DNA of 64,000 nucleotides, from NCBI RefSeq assembly GCF_018350175.1, contig NC_058377.1, forward strand, positions 16,492,001 to 16,556,000, given 5' to 3'. Positions 12,799 through 27,888 of this stretch are shown one piece after another (position 1 is the stretch's first letter; each line of letters starts with the position of its first letter). Under the pieces are notes generated by a model. It was not told the DNA's origin, did no database searches, and saw only the letters and a list, made by a program, of their open reading frames with translations. Origin of the DNA: Felis catus (Eukaryota). Position numbers and translations under genes: made by a program.

Positions 12799-14580
12799 AT
12801 CCAAGAAGCAGGAGTCAGCCCATCCCTTATTAAAGTTACCTGCAGCAGCCTGGTGGTGTGTGTGTGGTCTCTGAGGGTGGGGACGGGGTGGAGGTGGAGG
12901 TCAGCTCTCGGGCTGGAAATGGGATGCCGTTGGAGCTGACGGATGCTCCAGAGGCCATAGGGCAGGTGCCTGGCGCGCCGCCGAGGGAGCCCATACACTT
13001 CTTTCCTCAAAGGAAGAAAACACTCGGCCCCGTTCAGGAGCCTGGAGCAAATCCCATTTTTCTGGATTACGAGGATAGTCTCGGGAGATGCTAGCTCGTA
13101 GCGGCCAGCCCCGCCAAAGGCCCAAAGCAGCACCACCCGCGCACAGAGGGGATGTAATCAACTGGGGACAGTGGAGAGAAGCAGAAGGAAGCGCATCACT
13201 TGTAGGGCTGTTGAAGGAAAGGCAAACCCTCCCAGGAGGCCAAGAAGGAGCAGTGAGAAGGGCGAGAGGAAAGACTTTTGGAAAAGGATGGTCAGGCTCA
13301 AGCCTCATCCCCCACCCCCATTTAATCGTTCTGAGCGTGGGAGGAGTGGCAGTGAGGGGTGGGAACTTGGAGGCAAGATGGGGTACCTCCCCGTGCTGTT
13401 TGTCTCCACCATGGCTCAGCAGAGGCCACAGCACGGGTTGGATTAGGAGTCCTTAGAGACTTCGGATCCCAGCTGGGCGCTGTGGATTTCCTGGCGGCAG
13501 GGGCGGTGTCCAGGGCAGGGCCAGATGCCAGCCTTGGGTCCGAGGGGAGTACGGAGATGCCCCGAGTGAGTGAGAGAGGAATGAGGTTTAAAGCCGCGTC
13601 GTTATACCCCAGACATTCAGACAGTGCTTGAAGGCAATACTGAATTTCCCACAGGGCTGCAATGACCTTTCTCATTCCCTCTCCTGCTCTCCCCTCTCCC
13701 CCCAGGAGATCTGCACAGAAACAGGGCTCCACCCTCAGAACCCAGGGCTTCAGCTATCCTCCGTGCAGGAGGCAGTCTTTGACCTTGAAGAACTGACCCT
13801 TCTACCCCAGGCCATTGGCCGTGAGATCAGCCAAGAACCTGACCTGGGGTTATACCTAAGCAGAACGTATTTGTGGCACCATTTTAAGATACACTGAACT
13901 TTCCAGGAATGCAACTGTTATGTAAAATGAAGGATGATTGTGCTTTTTTTGGTTTGGAAGTTGACCAAGAGTTGTTTGCCATTTCAGAAAATCACTTCAC
14001 TGACAGCAAAGCTGCTCTGGTATTTAAGTCACCAATACCACATGCCTGTATCAGATTGTGTTTGTGTCTGCTGCACTCACGGGGATTCTGCATGTATAAA
14101 CAAATCTTTATTACATCCAGGCAGCCGATATAAAGACAAAGTATTGTCAATAGTCGTATGACTGTCAGCTCTTAAATCTGAGCTCTTCACTGTAAGTATG
14201 TACAAATTTCCGACTATCTCCTTTTCAAATACAGTTTATCCATTGAAATACAATTTCCCTTTATTTTTCTGTTCTATTGCAGTTAAAATGTTATATTGAT
14301 CTTTTCAAAATCGCATGTGTAGGTCAGTTATTTTATTAGTAAGATTTATTCCAAGGTGGTAAAGACAGTCTACAGAATGTCTGCTCTGTTCCTCGGGTGT
14401 TAAGGCTGATGGGATAGAGAACCACTGAACCAAGCAACATATAAAATAGAGTCCCTGCCCAGAGGTGCTCACCCACAGTGACACTGGTAACCAGTGAGGA
14501 CAATGGAATAAATCATGTTTATGTCCACCCCCCCAAAGCCTAGCACGGGGCCTGTTAGGCAGTAAGAATGCATTATTTGT

Positions 14581-14747
14581 GAGGTGCCTGGGTGGTTCAG
14601 TTGGTTAAGTGGCCAGCTTTGGCTCAGGTCATGACCTCACAGTTCATGAGTTCGAGCCCTGCATCAGGCTCTGTGCTGACAGCTCAGAGCCTGGAGCCTG
14701 TTTTGGAATCTGTGTCTCCTTCTTTCTCTGCCCCTCCCCCATTCGCA

Positions 14748-14805
<58 letters not shown>

Positions 14806-15399
14806 AATAAACATTAAAAAAAATGCATGATTTGCCACTAGCGACTTCTCTAACAGGCAGCTTCCATATTCTCTGGAAGCACACATAACAGCAATGAGCT
14901 CTGTCTAGAGCTAGGGAAGAATTCTCACAGGAGGAGTCAGCCCTGGGCCTTTCCCCAGGTCTACAAAACAATAGCTGGCACTTGTCCAGAAGCACCCAAA
15001 GCCAGCCATGCTCTGCGGGTAGCTGCTTCTGCTCCTCTGAGGCAGAGGTGGAGGCTGGGAGGTACAGAGGAGCAGCGATGGGGTGGGGAGGAAAAGTGAC
15101 CTGTTCCAAGGAAAAGACAGGACAGACACATGCAGGTGCACTGTTCGTGCAGAGCCCGATGGGGTCTTGAACCCATGAACTGTGACATCACGACCTGAGC
15201 CAAAATCAAGAGTCTGACACTTAACTCACTGAGCCACCCAGGTGCCCCTATCCAGAAAGTCATTTTAGAGACTTTCTTAAAACCAGAGTCTAGAGGATAA
15301 ATGGAGCTGAAATAGACCAGACACTTGGAAATCAGCTAGAGAGATTTTATATGAATCCGAGTAAGAGAGCAAGGGAATTGAAACAAGGTATGCTCTAGG

Positions 15400-15437
<38 letters not shown>

Positions 15438-15596
15438 GAGAACAGGCTTTAAACATCTTAGAAATCCAGGGGCACCTGGCTGGTTCAGTCGGTTAAGCAA
15501 CATGACTTGATTTTGGCTCAGGTCATGATCTCACAGTTCATAAGATCGAGCCCAGCATTGGGGCTATTAGCATGGACCCTGCTTGGGATTCATTCA

Positions 15597-15642
<46 letters not shown>

Positions 15643-17033
15643 ATAAATAAATACAAGAAATCTCAGAGGGGTGCCTGGGTGGCTCAGGCAGTTAAGCATC
15701 CGACCTCGGCTCAGGTCACGATCTCACGGTTTGTGGGTTCAAACCCTGTCTTAGGCTCTGTGCTGACAGCCTGGAACCTGCTTCAGATTCTGTGTCTCCC
15801 TCTCTTACTTCCCCTCCTCCACTCACTCACTCTCTCTCCCTCTCTCTCTCTCTCAAATATTAAAAAAAATAATAACAAAAAATAAAAAATCTCAGAAATC
15901 CAAGAAGACAATTTGGGTGGGGTGGATATGGGGACTGACTAAAAGCAAGTGTCAAGATAACCCTCCCCCAAACTCCAGGCTTTAGCTTGGCTGTATTCAG
16001 TGGAAGCATGATAATAGGGGATGTTCTGAAGTGGAAGATGTTGAGTTCCATTTCACACAAGTCAAGTTCAGTGGGCAACTGAATGAACACTCGGTAGTGA
16101 AGAACTTTAGGGAGACGGCTTCGAAAGCAAAATTGCAGAGGGCTAAGAAGGTAGAAGTCGAAGCAATGTAGACTAAGTAGCTTTGGAACAAATGAGAAAA
16201 ACAGATGACTGGGTTGATCTGCATTTGGGGTTTGATGAAATGAAGTTTTGGAAGGTCAAGTGAAGTAACAGGTTGCCATAAAAGTATGGTAGAAATAGTC
16301 CTGGAATCCAGTGGGTAGAGCAAAGCCAAGGACCTAAGACCTAGACCAGTAATTTTCAAACTTGCTTGATCATCAGAATCACCTGAAGGACTCATTCAAC
16401 TGAAGCTTGCTGGGCCCCACTCCAGAGTTTCTGATTCAGTACATCTGTGATGGGCCCAAGAATTTTCATTTCTAACAAGCTTACAGACTCTACTGTTGCT
16501 GACCCGGAGGCCACACTTTGAAAACCTAGACCAAAGTCGCTGGTAGATACTGAATAGTTTTCTGAGTGAATTGATTAGAGTGCTCATCTTCAAGAATGGA
16601 AGACGGTGGTCGGAATATAACTGCAGAATTTGAATTCAGAGAAGGAGCAATTTTGGGCAGACAAGATTCAGGATGGACCCTCCCAGGGAAATGATGGGAG
16701 GTCAAGGAATCGAGTGTTGTGGGGTCTTCAAAATGAGTCACATCTGTCAGAGGCCTGAATCTAAAGGGGAGCTCAAAGAGGAAGTCAAGATCTGAAGGGG
16801 AGTCTGGCTACTTTCTGGGCCTGAATTATGTATAGTTAACTGAATATCCACCTACAGACATGGTGGCCCATCCAGGTTAATGCACCAGTACTGGTAACAA
16901 ATGTAAGGGAAATTTGGGACTCTGTGCTAGTTTTGTGTGGCACATTCTTTTTCTTATCTTTTTTTAAAGTTTATTTTGAGAGAGAGCAAGTGGGGGAGGG
17001 GTGCATAAGGAGGGGGGGGAGAGGGAGAGAGAG

Positions 17034-17083
<50 letters not shown>

Positions 17084-17450
17084 CTCAAGTAGGCTCCATG
17101 CTGCCAGTGCAGAGCCAGATACAGGGCTTGAACTCACAAACTCTGCAATCATGACCTGAGCCAAAATCAAGAGTCAGTCACTTAAATGACTGAGCCACCC
17201 AGGTCCCCCTGTCGGGCACATTCTAAATTTTTTTTTTTTTTTAATTTTAATGTTTATTTTGGAGAGAGAGCACGCATGTGCATGCGTGCCAGCGGGGGAG
17301 GGGCAGAGAGCGTGGGGAATGGAGGATCGGAAGCGGGCCTTGTGCAGAGAAGGCCCCGTGACAGCAGAGAACCCCACGTGGGGCTCGAACTCACAGCTGA
17401 ATCATGACCTGAGCTGAAGGTGGGCCCTTAACGGACAGAGCCACCCAGGC
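14581..17450. mobile_element. Cluster of about 6 CAN-SINEs plus a MER5A-like DNA transposon remnant (about 16350-16530) between FOXR1 and CENATAC
   Basis: SINEs at about 14581+, 15110-15248-, 15468+, 15667+, 16960-17209- and 17225-17450-. MER5-like motif ATCAGAATCACCTG...CCCCACTCCAGAGTTTCTGATTCAG. Confidence 0.75.
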
Positions 17451-18029
17451 ACATTACACATTATGTAAGTAAGGTCTGCGCTGGGCCTCAGGTTTTTTGG
17501 GGGCGTGCTCTAAGGTGGAGATCACAGCCTGGGGATTCCAGCCATGCAAGGGAGCAATTCACCTTAGACCCTCAGGCTTAGGGGAGCAGGACAGACAGGA
17601 AGGCTGTTCTTTCTGGGAAAAGCAGCTTGTAAAGAATGAAAATTCCACTAGATGAGCATGTTTACAGAATAAAAATGTCTGTTAACCCTCAGCCATGATT
17701 CTGTACCCTTTATAGCTTCCCCTTTACAGGAACAGCTGCTCAGAATACCCCGCAAGGGTACAGCTGTGATTAGGTCTTAAATTAAGGCCACCTCCAGCAT
17801 GTCTTCCTTACTGCCAGCTGGTACTGATGAACACTGAAACCCAAGGTGCTGCCTTTGATGCTTAACACCTGTGCAACCTTCCACAAAGTTCCTTTCTCTC
17901 CGTGCCTGTTTTCCCATCTGGAAAATGCCGGTAATAGTAGTGCGTCACATTGTTTGGATGAGGTTAGGCAGGTAATGTAAAGCTCTGGACATTAGTGAGC
18001 ATCCTAATAATACTAGTTATGATTTGTTG

Positions 18030-18800
18030 CAGTGTCTGATGCGGGTCCTTGACGATGCCCCGACATGCGTGCGATTTGTGGTCCTGCGGTGTCACCTGTT
18101 GCGTGTGTCCTTTCCGTGCATCTGTACAGTGGTGCTGCCACTTTTTCTAGGTAGACGGCATCTGGGGATCTTGAGGATGGCTGGGTCTGCGCGTCTACGG
18201 GGAGCCCCGGAAAGGACTCGCGCAGCCGCAGAAGGGCCTGCAGTGGCGCCTGCCGGCCGCTGGGGGCCGCAGGGGCGCTGGGTTCGCCCCGCCCCCGAGG
18301 GGTCAGGGGTCACCGAATGGCCGGAGATCGGCCGGTCGTCGCGGGTACCCAGTCTTGGGCCCATGGCGCCCGCGCAGCGTTGTCCTCTGTGCCGCCAGAC
18401 CTTCTTCTGTGGTCGCGGACACGTGTATAGTCGCAAGCACCAGCGGCAGCTGAAGGAGGCTTTGGAGCGGCTCCTGCCCCAGGTGCGGGCGGGAGGCGGA
18501 AGGGGGCCGCGGACCGCCTGGGGGCGGGGATGCGGGCCTTGCGGTGAGAGCGCGAGGGTGTGGGGTGCGGGGGGTCCTGGGGTCCTGTACGGCCTCTCCC
18601 CGCCGCAGGTGGAGGCCGCCCGCAAAGCCATCCGCGCCGCTCAGGTGGAGCGTTACGTGCCGGAGCACGACCGGTGCTGCTGGTGCCTGTGCTGCGGCCG
18701 TGAGGTGCGGAAACACCTGAGCCACGGAAACCTGACCGTGCTGCACGGGGGGCTGCTGGAGCATCTGGCCAGGTGAGAAGCGGCCTGGGAGCCTCATCCA
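18030..18800 (+). promoter_or_regulatory. CpG island at the CENATAC 5' end
   Basis: High CpG density over exons 1-2 and upstream. Confidence 0.7.
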
Positions 18801-21800
18801 GCCCACTCGCCTACTTGTGTGGGAGGGAGGGTTTAGGAGTCGGGGAGAGGAAGAACGCTTTGGTGGTTTGATGAGGGTAGATTGAGTCACCTTTAGGCAT
18901 TGCATTCTTTAGGGGTAGAAGGGTTTATGGCTTGCATGGCCCCAGTGGTAGTGGTGGGAAAGCCAGCTGGGTAGCTGGCTCGGCATTACCTCCCATCGTC
19001 TATCAGATGCCTCTATTTTTCTTGGAAGAGGGAGACTGGACATCTGGAAGAGACTGATAACAGTATCGTCAGCCTTGCCCAGAGGCAGAAACCCCGATGT
19101 CAGTGTGCACTACGCATCTGATGTCTGCATAGCTGAGTAATATTTTGTAATAGATCATTGAGATTATTCCTTCCTTCTCAGCCCGGAGCACAAGAAAGCA
19201 ACCAACAGATTCTGGTGGGAGAACAAGGCAGAGTTCCAGATGAAAGAGAAGTTTCTGATCTCCTCCCAAGACTATGCACGGTAAGTCATTGGTAATGAAA
19301 GGTGAACTAACAGAATAGGGCTTCTCTGGGTCTGTGTCAGGTTCTAGAGCTTCCTCTAATTGGAAAATTCAGTAGGGACTTCATAAGTATCTATCGTTTT
19401 CATAGCACTCATGGTGCCAGGTACTATACTGGACACAAAAGTATGACAGTCCTTGAAAGGTTTATATCTACTTGGGGGGGTGGGATTTACAATGCATTAG
19501 CAAATGGAGAATAGTATATAACAAAAATTGACTATAACCAACCATTTAAATGCGTGGTACAGAGAAGATAAAGTCCTTTAGAAATAGAACAGGCTTTTTA
19601 TAGTGTGCAAGAAACTGGTACTCCCCCAGTGTCAATAGTTTTAGACTATTTTAACTGGCCTCTGAAGGACCCTGAGAAACTGGAGTGCAGGAAGCTGGTC
19701 AGCACGGAGTGGGGGTGAGTGCTGACTGCTTCAGAAAGAGGACACAGGCAGCCTCACACTACGTCTATTGGGACTATATTGAGATTATGGGGTACGGAGC
19801 CCAAGGGGATCCCAGAGCCAAAGTTACAAAAAAACTCATGTCTGTTCTTCTCAGTGTGGAGAATGATAAGGGGATGATAAGAAATGCCTAAAACTTACTA
19901 CCTTGCCTTCAAATCTGTGGTTCATACAGGCAGGAGATGGGAAACTGAGGCCAAAAAGCACTCACTCCTTACATCCTGACCCAGCTCCAGATGGTTTTGG
20001 TGGGTGAATAAAGGATAGCTGAACAGAAAAGGTTATAATTGAGAATTGCGAGGATGGACACTTTGAACTTTTTTTTTTTTAATGTTTATTTATTTTTGGG
20101 ACAGAGAGAGACAGAATGCAAGTGGAGGAGGGGCAGAGAGAGAGAGGGAGACACAGAATCTGAAACAGGCTCCAGGCTCTGAGCTGTCCAGCACAGAGCC
20201 TGATGCGGGGCTCGAACCCATGAACCGTGAGATCATGACCTGAGCTGAAGTTGGACACTTAACCGACTGAGCCACCCAGGCGCCCCTGAACTTTTTATTA
20301 GTCTTGACTTTTGAATCTTATAAATTTCAAGGTCACACGCACAAGGCAAAACCAAGCCTAATTTGACCAGCAAAGATACCATGAGCCCTCTTTAGACTGT
20401 TCATTACATACACAGCAAAAAGAATACACCTCAAGTCCCACCAGAAAGAACCACTCTGAAACAAAAAGAGCTAGCTAACTGCAGTGTGAGCATGAGACAC
20501 CCTGCTGCTGGGAGCCCAGTCTGGCCTACAGCTTTAATCTGAGTGGGCAGAAAGCAGCATACTGCCATCAGAGCCCGGAGGTGATGACAGACTCTCATGA
20601 CAGCCTGGGGGTGTTGGGGGAGATCAGGAGGTGAGTGGCAGATGGCCCCACAGCAGCTTTTCAGCTCTCCCATCCTCTTGTATTCCAGGGGCATCACACA
20701 AGCGTTCGGCTAAGACTCTGATGCTACAGTTCTAGGCTTCGCCCGTATGGATAGGCACAAGGCTGCCAGGGCACCGTGGTAGAGCCATTCCCTCAGCATT
20801 TTACATACTCAAATCAGGCCAGAAAGCAACTCCTAAAATTAATTGCAAACAGTGACAAGTTATCATAGCTGTATATAAATTGGTATCACAAAAGAATAAG
20901 AATTTAAGTAACTTGAACACAAAATTCTGACCGTATACCCTCAAGAAGGCTATTTTAAAAAAAAATTTTTTTTTAACGTTTATTTATTTTTGAGACAGAG
21001 ACAGAGCATGAACAGGGGAGGGGCAGAGAGAGAGGGAGACACAGAATCCGAAACAGGCTCCAGGCTCTGAGCTGTCAGCCCAGAGCCCGACGCGGGGCTC
21101 TGACTCACGGACCGCGACATCATGACCTGAGCTGAAGTCGGACGCTTAACCGACCAAGCCACCCAGGCGCCCCAAGAAGGCTATTTTTTAAGGACTAAAA
21201 AACTGCAAAGAAATTGAGGCTTGCTTAGTTTTTTTGTGATAGTGGTATCCGTAGTATTGGTATTATTCTGATACCTTTACATGCGTATGTAAGATAAAAA
21301 CAACTGCAAGTATATTGGTGGTGTTGCAAATATGGACCAATTCAAAAGGATAATTGATCAAAAAGGATAATTGATTTTTTAAAAAAAAATGTTTTGACTA
21401 CACATGTGCACGTTGGGGGTTGGGGAGAGAGAGAGAATCCCAAGCAGGCTCCATGCTCAGCACAGAGCCCAGTGCAGGGCTCGATCTCAAAACCACGAGG
21501 TCATGACCTGAGCTGAAATCAAGAGTCGGACCTTTACCTGATCACCCAGGTGCTCTGATCATTGATTTTCTTACGTATGGTAATGGTTTCATGGTATCTT
21601 AGGCTCTTCCTGTTCTTAGGTGCATGCCGAAGTTTTCAGTTAAGTCTCATGATGTTCTAAAGCCCATTTTTGATTTGGAAAAAGGAAATGTTTGCATAGA
21701 AGAGAAGTGGAGCCAGTATGGCAAAATGTTAACAGTGAATCTGGTTGAAAGGTACATTGGTGTTCTTTGTTCTATTTTGATTTTGAAATTACCAAAATTT

Positions 21801-24800
21801 AAAGAAAAAGTGATCTGAAGGTCTTTTCATAACTGGCAGGGATCGCCTTGGCTGACTTGCCCTTTTTCTTTAGATTCAAGAAATCCATGGTGAAAGGTTT
21901 GGATTCCTATGAGGAAAAAGAGGATGAAGTAATCAAAGAGGTGAGTTAAAAGAAAGGCCTCTGGAGGACCCAACCTTACAACCTTGTACCTAGCTAAGCA
22001 GCCTCTCTCCCACAGATGGCAGCTCAGATCCGTGAGGTGGAGCACAGCCGGCAGGAGCTGGTTCGGTCTGTCTTAGAGGTTGGTTTCCCTCGGAGGAGCC
22101 AGAGCAGTATCCAAATCCATTTGATCCCTGGTTCTCCCAGGTCCAGCATTTCACCTACCAGCTCTTCTAAGAGAACTCATGGACTCCATGCTTCATCTGC
22201 TCAGCTTCAATTCCCTTAACTGTCTGCCAGGGGGGCAGGCCTTGTCAGTGGCAATGTGGGCAAGGCAGGGAAGGGGGGAGGGAAGGAGGGAGGGAAGGAG
22301 GGAAGTTTGCGAGGACAGTACCCTCTATATGCTAGTTCCCTTCTGAAGGGTGGGAGCATGGCCAAGACAGACTGTTAAAGGGTCCTAGACACATTTATTT
22401 TTCCTGAATCAAACTCAGCCTCAGGCAGTGCCAGACCCAGAAGAAGGCTCTTCAGCGCTTGGAAGCTGGAAAGGGACCAACAGGTAAACTTGTTAAGGAC
22501 TCTTGTTGAGAGTCTGACATGTTAGAGCCTTCTGTAACTTTCTGGCTGGGAAATGGGAACAAAGTTCATCTGTGCCATCCTCATGTCTCAAGGACCTCAT
22601 CTGCCAGCCTGGCTCCTGTCTTGTCTTTTTCAGTCAAGTGGCCTCCGCCTCGCAGCAGCCTTCCTACTTGGACCTACCACCAGCAGCCCCGGAGCTTGAC
22701 TGGATGGAAACAGGACAACCTTTGACATTCATTGGCCATCAGGTACAATGGATAAGCCAGCCAGGAAGGGCCAATGCCCCCTTAGTTCCCAGGACACCCA
22801 TCTCTCCTGGGTTTTGTACCTATTCTAACCCTTCCTACCTTCTTTTCTGTGTTGTTCCATAGTATGTTCTCAGACACATTTCCTCACCCTCCAGTGATCT
22901 CATCACACCTTTGCCCCAATGCCTAGATCTCATCCTTTGCAAAACCCCCAAGTCCCACTCAGTGTAGGATATCTATAAATATCCCATAAGCACTTGAAGC
23001 TAACCTCTACCATTCTATTATTCTATTAACTGTGGATGAGTTATTTCCTCTTCCATCTCCTACCTCCTGTCAACAAGGTCTGTTTTATTACCTGACTAGA
23101 AGATGGCCTCCAGATACATATACTTTCCCACAAGTTTCCATTCCTCCTGCACTCCTGTCCCAAACACAGAAAGTCACTGCTTCACCTATTCTTATGTTGT
23201 ATACGCCAGCCATATTGTGCTTCCTGTTTTTGCACATGTAGTTATCATTGCCTTAAATAATGTTTACCTTCCTTCAGCCTAGTTCAAATGTCACCTTTTC
23301 ATGGAATGATTATCTGAACAGGTTGCCTGTTATAAGTGTACTCAGTACCATGTAAAAAGCTGCAAATATAATGTGTGATTTATGCTTAATTCTCTTCCCC
23401 TATGATACATATGCCCTGTGAGTAAAGGGTTTTGCTTACCGGCATCTAGCAGGCATTCTATTTTTGGACATCTTCATTACAGAGACTCAGAAGTCTCTTG
23501 AGGACAAGACTGTTTCTCAGTTATCTGTGCTCTTAGGATTTAACATCAAACCAGGGCACAGAACTAGCACTTGTAGTGCTTCCACTACCCGTCCCCCCCT
23601 CCTGTGGTTTGTCATTTCTCTAGCTAGGAGTATCCACCCTGTCCTGGCTTCTCATCTGGGATTTTTCCCCTCCATTTCTAACTACAGGACACGCCAGGAA
23701 TTGGTAATATCCACTCAGGTAAGGCCTAAGGCAGTGTTTCTCAGATGGTAAGAAACAATTATTTTAAAGAATAAAACTGATTAAGTACTACCGGGGGCCC
23801 CTGGGTGGCTCAGTCAGTTAAGCTCAGGTCATGATCTCATTTTGTGAGTTTGAGCCCCATGTTGGGCTCTGCACTGACAGTGCAAAACCTACTTGGGTTT
23901 CTTTCTCTCCCCCTTTCTGCCCTTCCCTTACTCGCATTACCTCAAAGTAAATTTAGAAAAAATTTTAAAGTACAGTATGGAGTACTATCTTGTGGATAAC
24001 AAGATAGAGTTGTATCTTGAATACATGAAGAACTCTCAAAACTCAGAAGTCATGTAAAAAGATGCTCACCAGTGGCTAAAATTAAAGATGCACTGTGTTA
24101 ACGCTCATATACTGCTATCAAGAATGTAAAATAGCAGAACCAATTGGAAAATGGCTCAGGAGTTTAAAAAAGCTTACCTGCACACAGGCTTGCAACACAC
24201 ATGGTCACAGCTTTATCTGTAGTACCTCCAAGCTGAAAACGACCCATACGCCCCTCAACAAAGCAACGACAGAGTAGTGCCCAACAAGGAAGGAACTATT
24301 AAGTGCAGCATAGATAAATCTCAAAACTGTTAGAAGCCAGACCAAAACCAGGTACGTCCTAGAAAATGCAAACTAGAGTAACAGAAGCAAACCCATGGTT
24401 CCCTGAGGCTGTGAACAAGGATATGGGGAGGTACAGGAAATATTTCTAAAGGTTTTTCTTTTCAGATTGTACACTTTCAATGTGTGCAGCTGTATGTCAA
24501 TTATGCCTCAACAAAGGTATTAAGTATCAGCACATCATATCACATGTAAGGTGTGTTGCTTTAAATTAGTCCAGGGCCCTCAACTTCCCAAGGTCCTGAG
24601 TCTTGTTTTTGAACATTTCTAGTTATCAATCAGTTAAGAGCTTTTACCTAGGACAGTTTCACAGTAGCCTAAAACTTAGAGTGCCTTAATTTCTGCTGAA
24701 TGGGTCTTTTCCAGGAGCTACACCTCCCTGGATGGTCCAAGATGAGGAATACAGCTCTGGAAACCAACAAATAGGGCCCTCCTATGAAGAATTTCTTAAA

Positions 24801-25170
24801 GAAAGTAAGTAAAAAAAATTCCAGAGTGGGAATGGGTTAAGTTTCCCTACTCAAATAAAACTGTTTACTTCTTTGTAGAAGAAAAACAGAAATTGAAGAA
24901 ACTCCCCCCAGACAGAGTTGGGGCCAACTTTGATCACAACACCAGCACCAGTGTAGGCTGGCTGCCCTCTTTCGGCCGCGTCTGGAATAATGGACGCCGC
25001 TGGCAATCTAGGTATGGGCCCAGTGCCAGGACCCCAACCCACTACCCCTTTGGAGAGATCTCAGCCTTCATCCTGTTAACCCTTCACTTTCTTTCAGACA
25101 TCAATTTAAAACGGAAGCTGCGGCAAGGAGCAAACAGTCACATAAAGAAAAAAAGCCAAATGTTTCCTGA
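18363..25170 (+). CDS. CENATAC: Centrosomal AT-AC splicing factor (CCDC84), 11 exons, 337 aa
   Basis: Exons 18363-18482, 18609-18772, 19182-19280, 21874-21940, 22016-22078, 22419-22483, 22634-22742, 23688-23718, 24715-24804, 24879-25011, 25098-25170. Total 1014 nt, phases consistent. Protein [27 protein letters not shown]...[22 protein letters not shown] matches recalled CCDC84. Confidence 0.95.
20068..21556 (-). mobile_element. Three antisense CAN-SINEs in CENATAC intron 3
   Basis: Elements at about 20068-20286, 20965-21173 and 21400-21556. Confidence 0.85.
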
Positions 25171-25287
25171 TACTTTTCCAACCACCATGAGGCACAAAGC
25201 CAAGCCAACAAACCCATACCTGCTCTTCTCTCTTATCCTTTGTAACTGCTTTTCTTAGGAAAAGACAAATACCCACTTATTTGATTT

Positions 25288-25301
25288 AATAAAGTTTTAT
25301 T
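25288..25301. terminator. Back-to-back poly(A) signals for CENATAC (+, 25288-25293) and RPS25 (-, 25296-25301)
   Basis: The sequence AATAAA-GT-TTTATT lies between the last exons of the two convergent genes. Confidence 0.8.
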
Positions 25302-25426
25302 TTCCAAAATGTACAGTTGGTGGTGGAATCTGCAAAAGAAAAAGAAAAATCACAATTATAAAGCCTTATGTAGCAGGGGGATGTAGACTTTCTACACCAT
25401 GAGCCCGTAGGTTCTTGCCTACCTGT

Positions 25427-27888
<2,462 letters not shown>

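Noticed and set aside
18024-18362. Open frame upstream of the CENATAC ATG, with an in-frame ATG at 18177
   Set aside because: GC-rich promoter sequence has few stops by chance. I see no homology support, and it probably lies upstream of the TSS.
20068-23950. Inverted SINEs flanking CENATAC exons 4-8 (possible circRNA)
   Set aside because: Such pairs are expected at this SINE density and the intron-8 copy is degenerate, so there is no specific support.
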